Part shown: positions 10,176 to 20,781 of the stretch, one piece after another
How positions within the stretch are numbered: the first letter of the stretch is position 1
How the letters are laid out: every line of letters begins with the position of its first letter
Source: an uncultured delta proteobacterium
GTDB taxonomy: Bacteria; Desulfobacterota; Syntrophia; Syntrophales; UBA2185
Direction: 5' to 3'
Assembly (NCBI GenBank): GCA_963695875.1
Contig: CAVOID010000008.1
Coordinates: forward strand, 160,001-224,000
Length of the DNA: 64,000 nucleotides
The notes under the pieces: generated by a model
What the model was told of the DNA's origin: nothing
Database searches by the model: none
What the model saw: only the letters and a program-made list of their open reading frames with translations
Program-made: the position numbers and the translations under genes

Positions 10176-10941
10176 TTACTTCATCCGACTGAAAAGGGCG
10201 CTTCCCACCAGTACCATCAGCACCGCGAAGAAGGCAATAACACTGAGATCAACATAGAGCGGAAATGCGTTCAGACCGAGCAGGGCGCCTCTGACACCAT
10301 CGACAGTATAGGTTAGAGGGTTCAGCTTTACCAGTCCCTGCAGCCAGTCGGGGAGCCGGTCATTTACAGGGAAGAGTGCACCTGACAGGAAGAAGAGTGG
10401 GAAGACGACGAATGTAGCTATGACCTGGAAGCCCTCCAGGCTCTCGAAAAGGGAGCCGAGGGCAAGGCCCATTGAAACCATGGCTATGGAAGTTATGGTA
10501 AGTATGAGCAGGGCAAGGGGGATGCCCCAGGGGGTGATGGTAGGGAAAAGGAATGAGAAGAAGAATAGTACTACCACCTGAATTGTGACGTCGGTGCAGC
10601 CGCCGAGCACCTTCCCGAAGAATATGCTTATGCGCGATACAGGCGCCACCAGCACAGCTTTGAGCACGTCAAGCTTCCGGTCCCAGACTATATAGAGGCC
10701 GAAGAATACCGACCCGAAAAGGACGGACATCGCCAGAATCCCTGGGTATATGTAATCCTGGTAGTTGACACTCGCCGACATTGACACTGGCCCCCACACC
10801 GCCGCCGAAGAGGAATAGCCACATGAGCGGCTGGACTATGCTGGATACCACGCGGCTCTTTTCTCGCTGGAAGACCTTGATTTCACGCCACCAGATGGCG
10901 TATACACCGAGAAGCTCTTTCCGGATAAGCGTGTATTCCAT
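10176..10941 (-). CDS. ABC-2 type exporter permease (DrrB-like), one +1 frameshift near 10773
   Basis: N-part (WWREIK...VQPLMWLFLFG) and C-part (YPGILAM, VFPLFFLSGALFP, NPLTYTVDG) lie in different frames. Confidence 0.85.
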
Positions 10942-10944
10942 GCC

Positions 10945-11961
10945 TTAGCGCCCTCGCGCGCGGTAGCGTGCAACTGATTCCACCCAGCCGCCGGTGTCTT
11001 CGGTTTCTTCTTCCCTTATGTCCCGTCCCGTAAGCTTGATAAACACGTCGTTAAGAGTGGGTGCCCTTGTCTCCACCCGCTCCACGTTTTGGACTTTAGA
11101 TAACAGATCGGGAAGGTGAAGATGGGCATCTTTCATGGTTATCTCAACCAGGCCATCGTTCAGCTTCACATCGGAGACGTAGGGGAGGTCACGTATCATG
11201 TCAAGGGGCGGCTCCTTTACCTGAATGACCACCATGTAGCCGCCCATTGATTCTTTGAGATCGTCCGGGGTATCTAGCGCGATTATCTGGCCGTGGTCAA
11301 TAACGCCAACCCGGTTGCAGACCTGCTCCGCCTCTTCCATGTAATGAGTGGTGAGCACAACGGTGGTCTGCTCATTTTGAGCCATTTTCTTGATGTAGTC
11401 CCATGTCCGCGCCCTTGTTTGCGGGTCGAGCCCCAGGGTGGGCTCGTCGAGGAAGAGTACCGCCGGCCGATGCAAAAGGCCGCGGGCCAACTCGAGACGC
11501 CGCCGCATACCGCCGGAATAGGTGCGCGTAATGTGTTCGGCGCGGTCTTTCAGATCGACAAGCTCCAGTATCTCTATAATTCTTTTCTTTCGGACGTCAG
11601 CGGGGATGCCGTAGAGACGGGCGTGAAGTTCGAGGTTTTCGCGACCGGTGAGAAGTGTATCCAGCGTGGGATCCTGGAAGACGATGCCAACATTGCGCCT
11701 CACCTCCGCGGGCTCCTTCACTATATCGTGACCGACTATAGAGGCACTGCCCGAACTCGGACGGATGATGGTACAGAGCATCCCGATTGTGGTGGTCTTA
11801 CCCGCCCCGTTGGGACCGAGCAGGCCGAAAATCTCGCCCCTCTCTATGTTCAGGTCTATGCCTCGAACGGCCTGAATCTTGCCATAAGTTTTTGCAAGTG
11901 CCCGGGTCTCTATGACGGCCATCTTTGATGAGAATTCCTCTTTTGGAAATTTAATATCCAA
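10945..11961 (-). CDS. ABC exporter ATP-binding protein (DrrA family)
   Basis: Walker A GPNGAGKT, signature YSGGMRRR, LFLDEPT, TTHYMEEA. Confidence 0.92.
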   Translation of the reverse strand: MDIKFPKEEFSSKMAVIETRALAKTYGKIQAVRGIDLNIERGEIFGLLGPNGAGKTTTIGMLCTIIRPSSGSASIVGHDIVKEPAEVRRNVGIVFQDPTLDTLLTGRENLELHARLYGIPADVRKKRIIEILELVDLKDRAEHITRTYSGGMRRRLELARGLLHRPAVLFLDEPTLGLDPQTRARTWDYIKKMAQNEQTTVVLTTHYMEEAEQVCNRVGVIDHGQIIALDTPDDLKESMGGYMVVIQVKEPPLDMIRDLPYVSDVKLNDGLVEITMKDAHLHLPDLLSKVQNVERVETRAPTLNDVFIKLTGRDIREEETEDTGGWVESVARYRARGR

Positions 11962-12595
11962 TACCTTTTGATTTCAGAATTTTTTTGGCCTCTTGATGTC
12001 CTGTTCTGGCAGCGGCTTGAATATCCTTGATAGATAGTTCATGCTTTCCGAGCATTTCATAAGAAGTTCCGCGGTTGATATAAGCCATTGCAAATTTAGG
12101 GTTAAGCTCTATTGCCTTATCGAAATCTTTTAAGGCCTGTTCATGGTTACCCGATCTCGCATGGCAAAGGCCTCGCCTGTCATAAGCTTCAACAAAGTTA
12201 GGACTCAATTCAATGGCCATATCAAAATCCTTTATAGCCTGCTCAATGTTTCCTAATTCCCAATAACTGCGGCCCCGTGCGAAATAAGCTAAAACAGCTC
12301 CGGGCTCCAATTCACAGGCTCTGGTAAACGCTAAGATGGCTTCCTGGTGACTACCGGAGATCTGCAATGTACAGCCTTTACCAATCCAGTCCACAGCCCT
12401 CATTTCTGTCTTATCTCTCGTTTTCTTACGTCGGCCATGACTCCAGACGAATAGAATAATGCCAAGAAGTGTTAACACAATGAAACCTGCAGGACCTGTA
12501 TGATAGGAAGAATCGATCATGTAGCCAAACAGCGGCATTAAAAGAGAAAATAATTGAACAAACAGATATGTGTCTCGCCGGAATGAAACTTTCAT
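11951..12595 (-). CDS. membrane-anchored TPR protein
   Basis: Two N-terminal TM segments followed by TPR units (QAIKDFDMAIELSP, QALKDFDKAIELNP). Confidence 0.8.
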   Translation of the reverse strand: MKVSFRRDTYLFVQLFSLLMPLFGYMIDSSYHTGPAGFIVLTLLGIILFVWSHGRRKKTRDKTEMRAVDWIGKGCTLQISGSHQEAILAFTRACELEPGAVLAYFARGRSYWELGNIEQAIKDFDMAIELSPNFVEAYDRRGLCHARSGNHEQALKDFDKAIELNPKFAMAYINRGTSYEMLGKHELSIKDIQAAARTGHQEAKKILKSKGIGY

Positions 12596-12659
12596 TTCTA
12601 TTTCATACTCCGTTCTCTGGTATCGCGCTGCAACAGTTTCTGAGAGAAGAACACCGAAC

Positions 12660-13085
12660 TCATTTCGCCGCTGATTTCTTTAACGTTATAAAGGCAGCTT
12701 CGTTATCACTTGTCGATATAATTACTCTCACAGGACAGACATCGAGGCTTGTGGTGGCATATATAAATCTGATATTTATGCCCTTGAACGCCAATAAGTT
12801 GGTAACTGTCTTTAATGCGCCGGGCTTGTTATCAAGTTCGACCATGATTACGTCAATTTCCTCAATTGGTCCAAAATCTCTCTCTTTTATTGCTTCACTT
12901 GCGCGGCGGATATCGTCTACGACCAGCATAATTGTAGCCTGGTTTGACCCTGGTATTTCATAGCCTGCTATTGCCTCGATGTTGATTCCGCGATCAGCCA
13001 GATACCCTGCCATTAAATCCAACACGCCAATCTTGTTGACCACCGTTACAGAGATCTGCTTTGTCAGCAATGCTTTCTTTAACAT
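12660..13085 (-). CDS. tandem ACT domain protein
   Basis: KQISV...NKIGVL...GINIEA and VELDNKPGAL...GINIRFIY. Start ATG 13085 behind AGGAGG. Confidence 0.85.
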   Translation of the reverse strand: MLKKALLTKQISVTVVNKIGVLDLMAGYLADRGINIEAIAGYEIPGSNQATIMLVVDDIRRASEAIKERDFGPIEEIDVIMVELDNKPGALKTVTNLLAFKGINIRFIYATTSLDVCPVRVIISTSDNEAAFITLKKSAAK

Positions 13086-13128
13086 AATTGCCCTCCTTTC
13101 TGTTATCAGGATATAAATCCCGCAATTG

Positions 13129-13184
13129 AAAAAGCCAACCATTTTCCGGACTATCGGTTTCCAGCCGGAAGAGGTTGGCTTTTT
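13129..13184. terminator. long hairpin, bidirectional terminator-like
   Basis: AAAAAGCCAACC-A-TTTTCCGG...CCGGAAGA-GGTTGGCTTTTT. Confidence 0.65.
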
Positions 13185-13213
13185 AGTATTAATGATACCT
13201 CCTCAATACCCAG

Positions 13214-13525
13214 TTATATCTTTTCAAACATAGACTGAAGTTCCTTAATCAAAGCTATCTCCATTTCGATGAAGTGGTCGTCGGTGAGGATGAATTCGAC
13301 CTCGTAATACGTCTGGTATTCTACTGCACTGGTGGTATGCTCGACGACCTGGGTGATGGCAATGTCCTTGAGGCCTTCGTAATCTTTGGTACGGGATATT
13401 TCCGTTTTGCCGAGGATGAGACGCATGGCTTTTTTGGCATCATCAACGGTCTTAAGAATGATATCAATTCCCTCCAGCTTTCTAATGGCCTTGCTGATCT
13501 TCTCGTCCCGTACTCTTATTCTCAT
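13214..13525 (-). CDS. hypothetical protein
   Basis: 103-aa ORF with RBS GGAGG and protein-like composition. Confidence 0.65.
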   Translation of the reverse strand: MRIRVRDEKISKAIRKLEGIDIILKTVDDAKKAMRLILGKTEISRTKDYEGLKDIAITQVVEHTTSAVEYQTYYEVEFILTDDHFIEMEIALIKELQSMFEKI

Positions 13526-13754
13526 GATCCCTCCACATCAGATGATAACACTTTACAGTCATACATATTTCCTAGTTTCAAAAGGAGTGTATTAAATTTG
13601 TTGTTGGGTGTCAACAGAATAGAAGGGACTGTATGATATATTTCAGTCGAAGCTCTTTCAGGGTATTAAATCCAAGGGGCTTTGATTGACTGTATTTCAT
13701 TTTTGTTATAAATTTATATAGAGAGTTAGTTTTTCTATTTGAGAGGCAAAGATT

Positions 13755-13958
13755 ATGAAGAAATGTCCATACTGTTTAGAAATTATCGAAAGCGAAGCGA
13801 TTGCCTGTGAATTTTGCGGCAGAGACATTCCTAAACCCAAAACAGATTCCAAAAGGATGTTTCTTTGTCCATTATGCCAAACGGAAGATTCTTATTGTGA
13901 CTCTACAAATAGAATATATTGTCCCCACTGTCTGGATTATATTAAGCGAGATGAATGA
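13755..13958 (+). CDS. small double zinc-ribbon protein
   Basis: CPYC, CEFC, CPLC and CPHC pairs in 67 aa; RBS GAGG. Confidence 0.65.
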   Translation: MKKCPYCLEIIESEAIACEFCGRDIPKPKTDSKRMFLCPLCQTEDSYCDSTNRIYCPHCLDYIKRDE

Positions 13959-14052
13959 CGGTTTAACATAAGAGCTTTAAATACAATTACAGTAGGGACG
14001 ATTCCTCGATGCATATTAACATTTTTCAGATAATTCAAAGGGGGATGTAACT

Positions 14053-14481
14053 ATGAAAGTCATTTCTTTTTATTCAATACTGATGATCTGTATGGTTGTT
14101 CTGGTGTTACCGTCTGCCGTGCGCGCAGAGGAAACCAGTGGCAATGCTGTACAGAAGGGCGTGCAGACGATAGAGAAGAAGACCGAACAGGGCATCCAGA
14201 AGGTGGAATCCGCGGCCGAAAAAGCTGCCGAGAATATTGAAGCAAAAAAACGGGAAGCTGAGGCAAGGATCAAAGCAGCTGCAAAATATGGACATGAGAA
14301 AGCACAGAAAAGAGTTGAATGGCTGAAGAGGAAAGCCGCAAAGCTGGAAGCAGAAGCGGCAAGGATAGAAGCACGCATTGAAGCCGATATCCGGAGGGAA
14401 CGAGATAGAATCGAGAAAAAAGCACTCGAACTAAAAATGAAGCTGGAAGGCGAAAGGCCAAAGACGGAGGAGAAGAAGTAG
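14053..14481 (+). CDS. exported coiled-coil protein
   Basis: Signal peptide ending VRA, followed by an E/K/A-rich helical body. Confidence 0.7.
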   Translation: MKVISFYSILMICMVVLVLPSAVRAEETSGNAVQKGVQTIEKKTEQGIQKVESAAEKAAENIEAKKREAEARIKAAAKYGHEKAQKRVEWLKRKAAKLEAEAARIEARIEADIRRERDRIEKKALELKMKLEGERPKTEEKK

Positions 14482-14497
14482 ATTTGGGGAATTTCCC

Positions 14498-15121
14498 TTA
14501 CGGCAATAAAATGCTTATCAGAGCTAAAATAATCCAGCGGAAAAAAGCAATGAGAGGGTCCAAAGCCCCGATATACAACAGGCCAATAATGATAAATAAT
14601 CCAAAAGGCTCAAGTCGGGAAAGATAATATTGAAATCTTTCCGGGACGAATCCCATGAGGATTTTTGAACCGTCAAGAGGTGGGATCGGAATTAAGTTAA
14701 ATGAAGCCAGTATGATATTTATCTGTGCCAGATAAAAGAGAAGTGTTGCCAGAACTCCCGAAGGTGCCGGTGATAAAAGGCGAAGTAGAAAGAAAGCAAG
14801 AAAGGCCAATATCATGTTTGCTGTGATTCCCGCCGATGAAACGAGTATCAGCCCCTTGCGCGTGTCACGCAAATTATTAAAATTCACCGGCACAGGCTTT
14901 GCCCATCCAAAACCGAAAATAAAAAGCATGACTGTGCCGATAGGATCGAGATGTTTTAACGGGTTGAGGCTTAACCTGCCTAGCGACTTAGCCGTTGGAT
15001 CACCCATCCGGTATGCCACCCAGCCGTGGGCCAGCTCATGAAAAATAACGGAATACAAAAGAGGTATCGCAAGAAGAATAAATGTAAAAGGATCCTTGAT
15101 CAGAAGATTGAGTAGTCCCAT
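14498..15121 (-). CDS. site-2 protease (peptidase M50)
   Basis: HELAH and NLIPIPPLDG motifs. Confidence 0.92.
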   Translation of the reverse strand: MGLLNLLIKDPFTFILLAIPLLYSVIFHELAHGWVAYRMGDPTAKSLGRLSLNPLKHLDPIGTVMLFIFGFGWAKPVPVNFNNLRDTRKGLILVSSAGITANMILAFLAFFLLRLLSPAPSGVLATLLFYLAQINIILASFNLIPIPPLDGSKILMGFVPERFQYYLSRLEPFGLFIIIGLLYIGALDPLIAFFRWIILALISILLP

Positions 15122-15378
15122 TTATGCACCTATTATATCAGCTTTCGATTTTCAAAATCAGTCTTGTATTTATAATATACGATTGTGCAGTTTTAAAATA
15201 GTGTTTTTAGGATATAATAAAACATTAATCCAGGCTATACAAAAATCAAAGATGTTGGAAATGAAGAAATAAATATAGAGCCTGGGAAATCTTCCATATC
15301 TTGCTAATACAGAAAACAGAACACCCACCATAAATAGCAGACCTATGATTTAGAATGTGGTATAGGTAGCATAGGCAG

Positions 15379-15582
15379 GTGACTATGGTTAAAAGTGTTA
15401 TTTTAAATGTCGGACAAAAAATAAAAAGAAAAGAGTTAGAGAAGCAGGAATGGGTATTGCTAATGAATTTGCCTAATGGCAATGAATTATTCAGCCGCAA
15501 TAACATAAAAGTGATGTGGGATCCGAAAAATGAGGAAATTGTGCATTTATTCACTTCCACAGATACTTATAGACATTTTTAG
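15379..15582 (+). CDS. possible small hypothetical protein
   Basis: 67-aa ORF in an AT-rich gap with AGGTG upstream of ATG 15385; no recognisable family. Confidence 0.35.
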   Translation: MTMVKSVILNVGQKIKRKELEKQEWVLLMNLPNGNELFSRNNIKVMWDPKNEEIVHLFTSTDTYRHF

Positions 15583-15663
15583 AACATTCTAATCCGAAGC
15601 AAATAAAGATTTACACGCACTAATTTTTATACAATACTCCGAGTCGCTACATAAGAGGTTAAA

Positions 15664-17082
15664 ATGAAATCATCAATCTGGAAATCCATCCTTCCTTTGC
15701 TCTTGGGTATCATTATCGCCTTACTACCAGCCCCCCAGGGACTGAGTTTGACGGCCTGGTATTTCTTTGCCATCTTTTCCGCCGTTATCTTTGGTCTGAT
15801 CCTCGAACCTATTCCGGCCGCCGCGATAGGGTTTATAGGTGTATTCCTGATAGCAGTTTTGGGCTTTGTAGGTCCAAAGCCGGGAGACTCAATCAGGTGG
15901 GCATTGTCCGGTTTTTCCAACACAACGGTCTGGCTCATATTCGGGGCGTTCATGTTCGCCCTGGGCTATGAAAAGACAGGACTTGGCAAACGTATTGCGT
16001 TGATCCTTGTCAAAATATTAGGCAAAAGGACCCTGGGATTAGGCTATGCAATAACCTTTTCTGACCTGATTCTGGCCCCCTTTACCCCATCAAACACCGC
16101 GAGGAGTGCCGGTACTATCTTCCCTATTATACGAAATCTACCGGGCTTATATGGTTCTGCCCCCGGGGAAACGTCACGCAGGATTGGGGCGTACATCATG
16201 TGGACAGCATTTGCAACGACCTGTGTCACCAGTTCAATGTTTATCACCTCTTTGGCGCCCAACCTCCTGGCTCTTGAACTGGTGAATAAGACGGCGAAAA
16301 TCAGCATTTCCTGGATGGAGTGGTTTGTCGGATTTCTCCCCGTAGGCGTCATCCTTGTCCTCATTCTTCCATACCTAATTTACAAAATCTACCCGCCCGA
16401 GATCAAATCCAGTCAGGAAGTACAATCCTGGGCATCTCAGGAACTGGGCAAGATGGGCAAGTTTAGCCGCAAGGAGCTGGTGATGGCACTGCTGGCTATT
16501 CTCGCCCTGGCTCTGTGGATTTTCGGTGGAAGCATCGTGGATGCTACCACTGTGGTAGGTGTAGTCATATCTTTGATGATAATCACAGGAATCGTTACGT
16601 GGGATGATATCCTCAGCAATAAACCTGCCTGGAATGTGCTGGCATGGTTCGCTACACTTGTCGCCATGGCAGACGGCCTCAACAGGGTGGGTTTCGTCAC
16701 CTGGTTCGCCAAGAGTGCATCAGCTCTATTAACCGGGCTGTCTCCAATCGTCATCATGGTCAGCCTGTTGGTTATATTTTTCATCGTTCATTACATGTTT
16801 GCCAGCATTACGGCTCACGTTACGGCTGTTCTGCCCGTGATTCTGGCAGCCGGCGCCCTTGTGCCGGGCATGCCCGTCAGGACTTTTGCTATGCTTCTCT
16901 GTTACAGCCTGGGGATAATGGGCATAATCTCTCCGTATGCCACTGGTCCCGGCCCGGTCTATTTCGGGAGCGGGTACGTCAATCGAAAAGATTTCTGGAC
17001 CCTCGGATTAATCTTTGGTCTGATTTTTCTTACGGCGCTGATAGTCATTGGTATCCCATACCTTCTCGCTATACAACTTTGA
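15664..17082 (+). CDS. DASS family di/tricarboxylate antiporter (CitT/TtdT-like)
   Basis: APFTPSNTARSAG, HYMFASITAH and SPYATGPGPVYFGSGY motifs. Confidence 0.9.
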   Translation: MKSSIWKSILPLLLGIIIALLPAPQGLSLTAWYFFAIFSAVIFGLILEPIPAAAIGFIGVFLIAVLGFVGPKPGDSIRWALSGFSNTTVWLIFGAFMFALGYEKTGLGKRIALILVKILGKRTLGLGYAITFSDLILAPFTPSNTARSAGTIFPIIRNLPGLYGSAPGETSRRIGAYIMWTAFATTCVTSSMFITSLAPNLLALELVNKTAKISISWMEWFVGFLPVGVILVLILPYLIYKIYPPEIKSSQEVQSWASQELGKMGKFSRKELVMALLAILALALWIFGGSIVDATTVVGVVISLMIITGIVTWDDILSNKPAWNVLAWFATLVAMADGLNRVGFVTWFAKSASALLTGLSPIVIMVSLLVIFFIVHYMFASITAHVTAVLPVILAAGALVPGMPVRTFAMLLCYSLGIMGIISPYATGPGPVYFGSGYVNRKDFWTLGLIFGLIFLTALIVIGIPYLLAIQL

Positions 17083-17124
17083 TATTAATATAGACAAGGG
17101 CCAGAACATCTATAAGGAGATCAT

Positions 17125-18213
17125 ATGCCTTCATATCGAATCGCAATTATACCGGGAGATGGGGTTGGAAATGAGGTGGCGTCGGAAGCTACCAAGGTTC
17201 TAAAGGCAGTTGCGGATAAGCACGGATTTAATATCAAGACGGAAAATTTTGACTGGGGTTGTGACTATTATTTAAAGAATGGTATGATGATGCCAGATAA
17301 TGCCCTGGAGATATTACGAGGTTTTGATAGCATTTTTTTGGGATGTATCGGGGATGCCAGTAAAGTTCCCGACCATATCTCCCTGACCTTCCTTCTCACA
17401 ATTCGCAGGGGGTTTGATCAATACATAAATTTACGGCCAATCAAGCTCTATCCCGGAGTTGAATCACCGGTGAAAACCGCAACACCTGAAACTGTTGATA
17501 TGGTGGTAATCAGGGAAAATACCGAAGGAGAATATTCGGCTGCAGGGGGTTTTTTCAAGCTGGGAACTCCTGATGCCCTTGCCATTCAGACCGGTATCTT
17601 TACCCAAAAAGGATGCGAAAGGGCGATTCGCTTTGCTTTTGAGCTTGCCCGCAAGCGGAAAAAGTTTGGCAGGAAGGTTCCTGTCGGGATGGTAACCAAC
17701 TGCACTAAATCCAACGCACTTAACTATTCCATGGTTTTTTGGGATTCGGTGTATCAAAGAGTGGCTAAAGAATATCCGGACATAAAGACAGATATGGCTT
17801 TGGTAGATGCCCTGACTATGTGGTTTGTGAAAAATCCGGAATGTTTCGATGTGATCGTAGCCTCCAATCTCTTTGGAGACATCATCACGGATCTCGGAGC
17901 AATGCTTCAAGGGGGTATGGGATTTGCGGCAGGGGGTAACATTAATCCGGAGAAAATTTACCCGTCTATGTTCGAACCTATTCATGGCTCAGCGCCTAAG
18001 TATGCCGGAAAAGCAATTGTCAATCCCATAGCGTCGATTGAATCGATTCGGATGATGCTGGATCACTTAGGAGAAGAGCAGGCCGCCTTGGATATACAAA
18101 AGGCTGTGATGACAACCCTGGCCTTGGGGAAAGTCAAGACCTCTGATATGGGGGGGACAAATAAGACGAATGAAGTCGGCGATGCAGTCAGGAAGGCTAT
18201 TCTCAATACATAA
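17125..18213 (+). CDS. tartrate/D-malate/isopropylmalate dehydrogenase family (decarboxylating)
   Basis: [43 protein letters not shown] and FEPIHGSAP motifs. Confidence 0.88.
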   Translation: MPSYRIAIIPGDGVGNEVASEATKVLKAVADKHGFNIKTENFDWGCDYYLKNGMMMPDNALEILRGFDSIFLGCIGDASKVPDHISLTFLLTIRRGFDQYINLRPIKLYPGVESPVKTATPETVDMVVIRENTEGEYSAAGGFFKLGTPDALAIQTGIFTQKGCERAIRFAFELARKRKKFGRKVPVGMVTNCTKSNALNYSMVFWDSVYQRVAKEYPDIKTDMALVDALTMWFVKNPECFDVIVASNLFGDIITDLGAMLQGGMGFAAGGNINPEKIYPSMFEPIHGSAPKYAGKAIVNPIASIESIRMMLDHLGEEQAALDIQKAVMTTLALGKVKTSDMGGTNKTNEVGDAVRKAILNT

Positions 18214-18232
18214 GCTGGAAGGAGGATAATTT

Positions 18233-19217
18233 ATGCGAAAACATAATATGATTATAGTATTACTTGTTGTGATTCTGGTTTCTGCGTGCGTAGGACCAAG
18301 AGTCAAGCTTTTCAGTGAGGCACCTGAGCCCCTTAAAGAGTTCACTATCGAAGGCAGCGGTACGGATAAAATCTTGCTGATTCCTGTAAACGGATTGATT
18401 TCAGACATGCCTAAAAAAGGTTTAATCGGTACATCACCTAGCGTGGTTGAACAAGTTGTTGCGCAGATGCACAAAGCGGAGAAAGATAAACGTATCAGAG
18501 CGGTTTTGCTCAAAATAAATTCTCCCGGGGGTACGATCACCGCCAGCGATCTTCTATATCATGAAATTTTATCATTCAAAGAGAGAACGGGTGCTAAAAT
18601 CATAATTTCCATGATGGATGTTGCCACGTCCGGGGCTTATTATATGTCTCTTCCTGCCGATATGATCATTTCGCATCCGACAACAGTAACGGGTTCCATA
18701 GGTGTTATTTTTCTGCAACCTAAAGTCAGTGGCTTGATGAACAAAATCGGTCTTGGTGTGGATGTGAAAAAATTCGGTAAAAATAAAGATATGGGGTCGC
18801 CTTTCAGGGACAGCAGTGAAGAAGAACAAAAACTCATACAAAACGCAGTAAACGATTTCGGAGAACGATTTATACGTTTAGTACAAAAACATCGCAATCC
18901 GGAAAAGGCAGGCTCTTGTGGAAATTTCCACAGCGCGAGTATTTCTGGCCGATGAGGCCTTGAAGATGGGACTGATAGACAAAATCGGCTATCTAAATGA
19001 TGCTGTCAAAGAGTCAAAAAAACTGGCGAGGATTCCCGAGGATGCCAGAGTTGTAGTATATCGGCGTACTGAGTTTCCTGAAGATAATTATTATAATATC
19101 GCAGGAGCTGCATCTGAAGGTTTCATTTGCTCATCTATTAATATAGAAATCCCCGAAAGCCTCAATCTTAAGACCGGGTTTTATTACCTGTGGCCTGGAG
19201 CAATTGCAAGCGATTGA
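18233..19217 (+). CDS. sppA: signal peptide peptidase SppA (S49), +1 frameshift near 18908
   Basis: INSPGG, ATSGAYY, TGSIGV and KDMGSPFR, then ARVFLADEALKMGLIDKIG in the next frame. Confidence 0.88.
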
Positions 19218-19248
19218 GCTTCTTTAATAAAGATAGGAGTGTGAAGAC

Positions 19249-19443
19249 ATGACCACGATTATGCCCGAAGGAGAAAATATTCGCAAAGCCGTCAAATGGA
19301 TCTCCAGCGAACTGCAGGAAAATCCGACCAAGTCCCTTCAGAAACTTGTTAATGATGCGGTCTTACGTTTTGACCTGTCTCCGAAGGATGCGGAGTTCCT
19401 GACTTCGTTTTATCGCAAAGATAGCACGAATATTCCTAAGTAA
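19249..19443 (+). CDS. conserved small hypothetical protein
   Basis: PEGENIRKAVKWIS...LRFDLSPKDAEFL; RBS AGGAG. Confidence 0.7.
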   Translation: MTTIMPEGENIRKAVKWISSELQENPTKSLQKLVNDAVLRFDLSPKDAEFLTSFYRKDSTNIPK

Positions 19444-19618
19444 ACACATTGAGACGATACTGAAATGATACACACCGTCCTGCAAGCATGGGGGTATGGT
19501 TTGGTGTGATTATAAATCACTACATATCAACATGTCAGAAATGTGTCATGCACACATTTCAAATGATAATGCTTGAGAACGTTAGAAATTCCTTATTTTT
19601 TATAATTTTTATCCTACA

Positions 19619-20512
19619 GTGGACAAACCGCAAAATATAATTTGGGAAGCGGGTCGCCTCGCCAGCTTCCTGCTAAGGGTATTACGCAGCTTTAAACGTA
19701 ATCAGGGCATACTTTTATCTGGTGCCGTTGCATACTACACCCTGTTATCAATCGTTCCCATGTCAATTCTCATTCTCATCGTACTGTCGCATTTTATAGA
19801 CGAAGTACAGTTGTTTCACACTTTATCGACGTACATAGAAATGGTGATACCGGGCTATGCGGCAACCTTAACTGAACAGGCGCGAATATTTCTTGCACAC
19901 CGTAGGGTGATTGGCATCATCGGATTTCTGGTTATGCTGTTTTTCAGCTCCATAGCATTTACGGTGCTTGAAAACGCCATGTCGGTCATTTTTTTTCGTC
20001 GTGTCAGAATTCTACGTCGCCATTTTCTAATTTCCGCCATAATCCCTTATGTATATATATTTTTGTTGGGTACCGGTATATTGCTGGTATCTTTTATTGC
20101 AGGAATGTTAGAGACACTTGCCAACAGGCCATTGGTAATCTTGGGATGGGGTTTGAGTGTTCAAGCCACCACCGGACTTGCGCTGTATATACTGGGCATG
20201 ATAGGTGAGGTACTTATGCTCACATCCTTATATCTGGTTATGCCTGTTGGGCGTATTGCCTTTCGTCAAGCACTGATCGGAGGGATCACAGCAACGATTT
20301 TATGGGAGATTACGCGTCGTGTTCTTGTCTGGTATTACTCGGCAATTTCCCTCGTTAATTTAATTTATGGTTCTTTTACCACTGTTGTAGTGTTCCTTCT
20401 CAGTATAGAAGCTGCAGCGTTAATCCTTCTGTTGGGTGCCCAGGTCATAGCGGAATTTGAACATGGGTCGGACAAATTAACTTTGGATAATCAGTCAGGT
20501 TTTGAAACGTGA
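19619..20512 (+). CDS. YihY/virulence factor BrkB family membrane protein
   Basis: AVAYYTLLSIVP, LIYGSF and LLGAQV motifs. Confidence 0.88.
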   Translation: MDKPQNIIWEAGRLASFLLRVLRSFKRNQGILLSGAVAYYTLLSIVPMSILILIVLSHFIDEVQLFHTLSTYIEMVIPGYAATLTEQARIFLAHRRVIGIIGFLVMLFFSSIAFTVLENAMSVIFFRRVRILRRHFLISAIIPYVYIFLLGTGILLVSFIAGMLETLANRPLVILGWGLSVQATTGLALYILGMIGEVLMLTSLYLVMPVGRIAFRQALIGGITATILWEITRRVLVWYYSAISLVNLIYGSFTTVVVFLLSIEAAALILLLGAQVIAEFEHGSDKLTLDNQSGFET

Positions 20513-20781
20513 TTATAATCTCATGTTGCTAAAAAGCATTTATGCTGATAGCTCTATGGACGAGACTGACCTTAATGAAATAAATGGCGAACGATGTTTG
20601 TGTTCTCTTGTTAAGAAATAACAAAAATGGTATATTTATTGCCATTGATAAATAATAACCCTCAGTTATAGGGATAGAGAAGCTTTTATCCCGCCGCACA
20701 GCAGCAATAAGGAGTATCTAATCGAAAGCAGGGCAAGCAACGGGACTGCAGGGATATCACACATAGACTTAGATAATTTAT

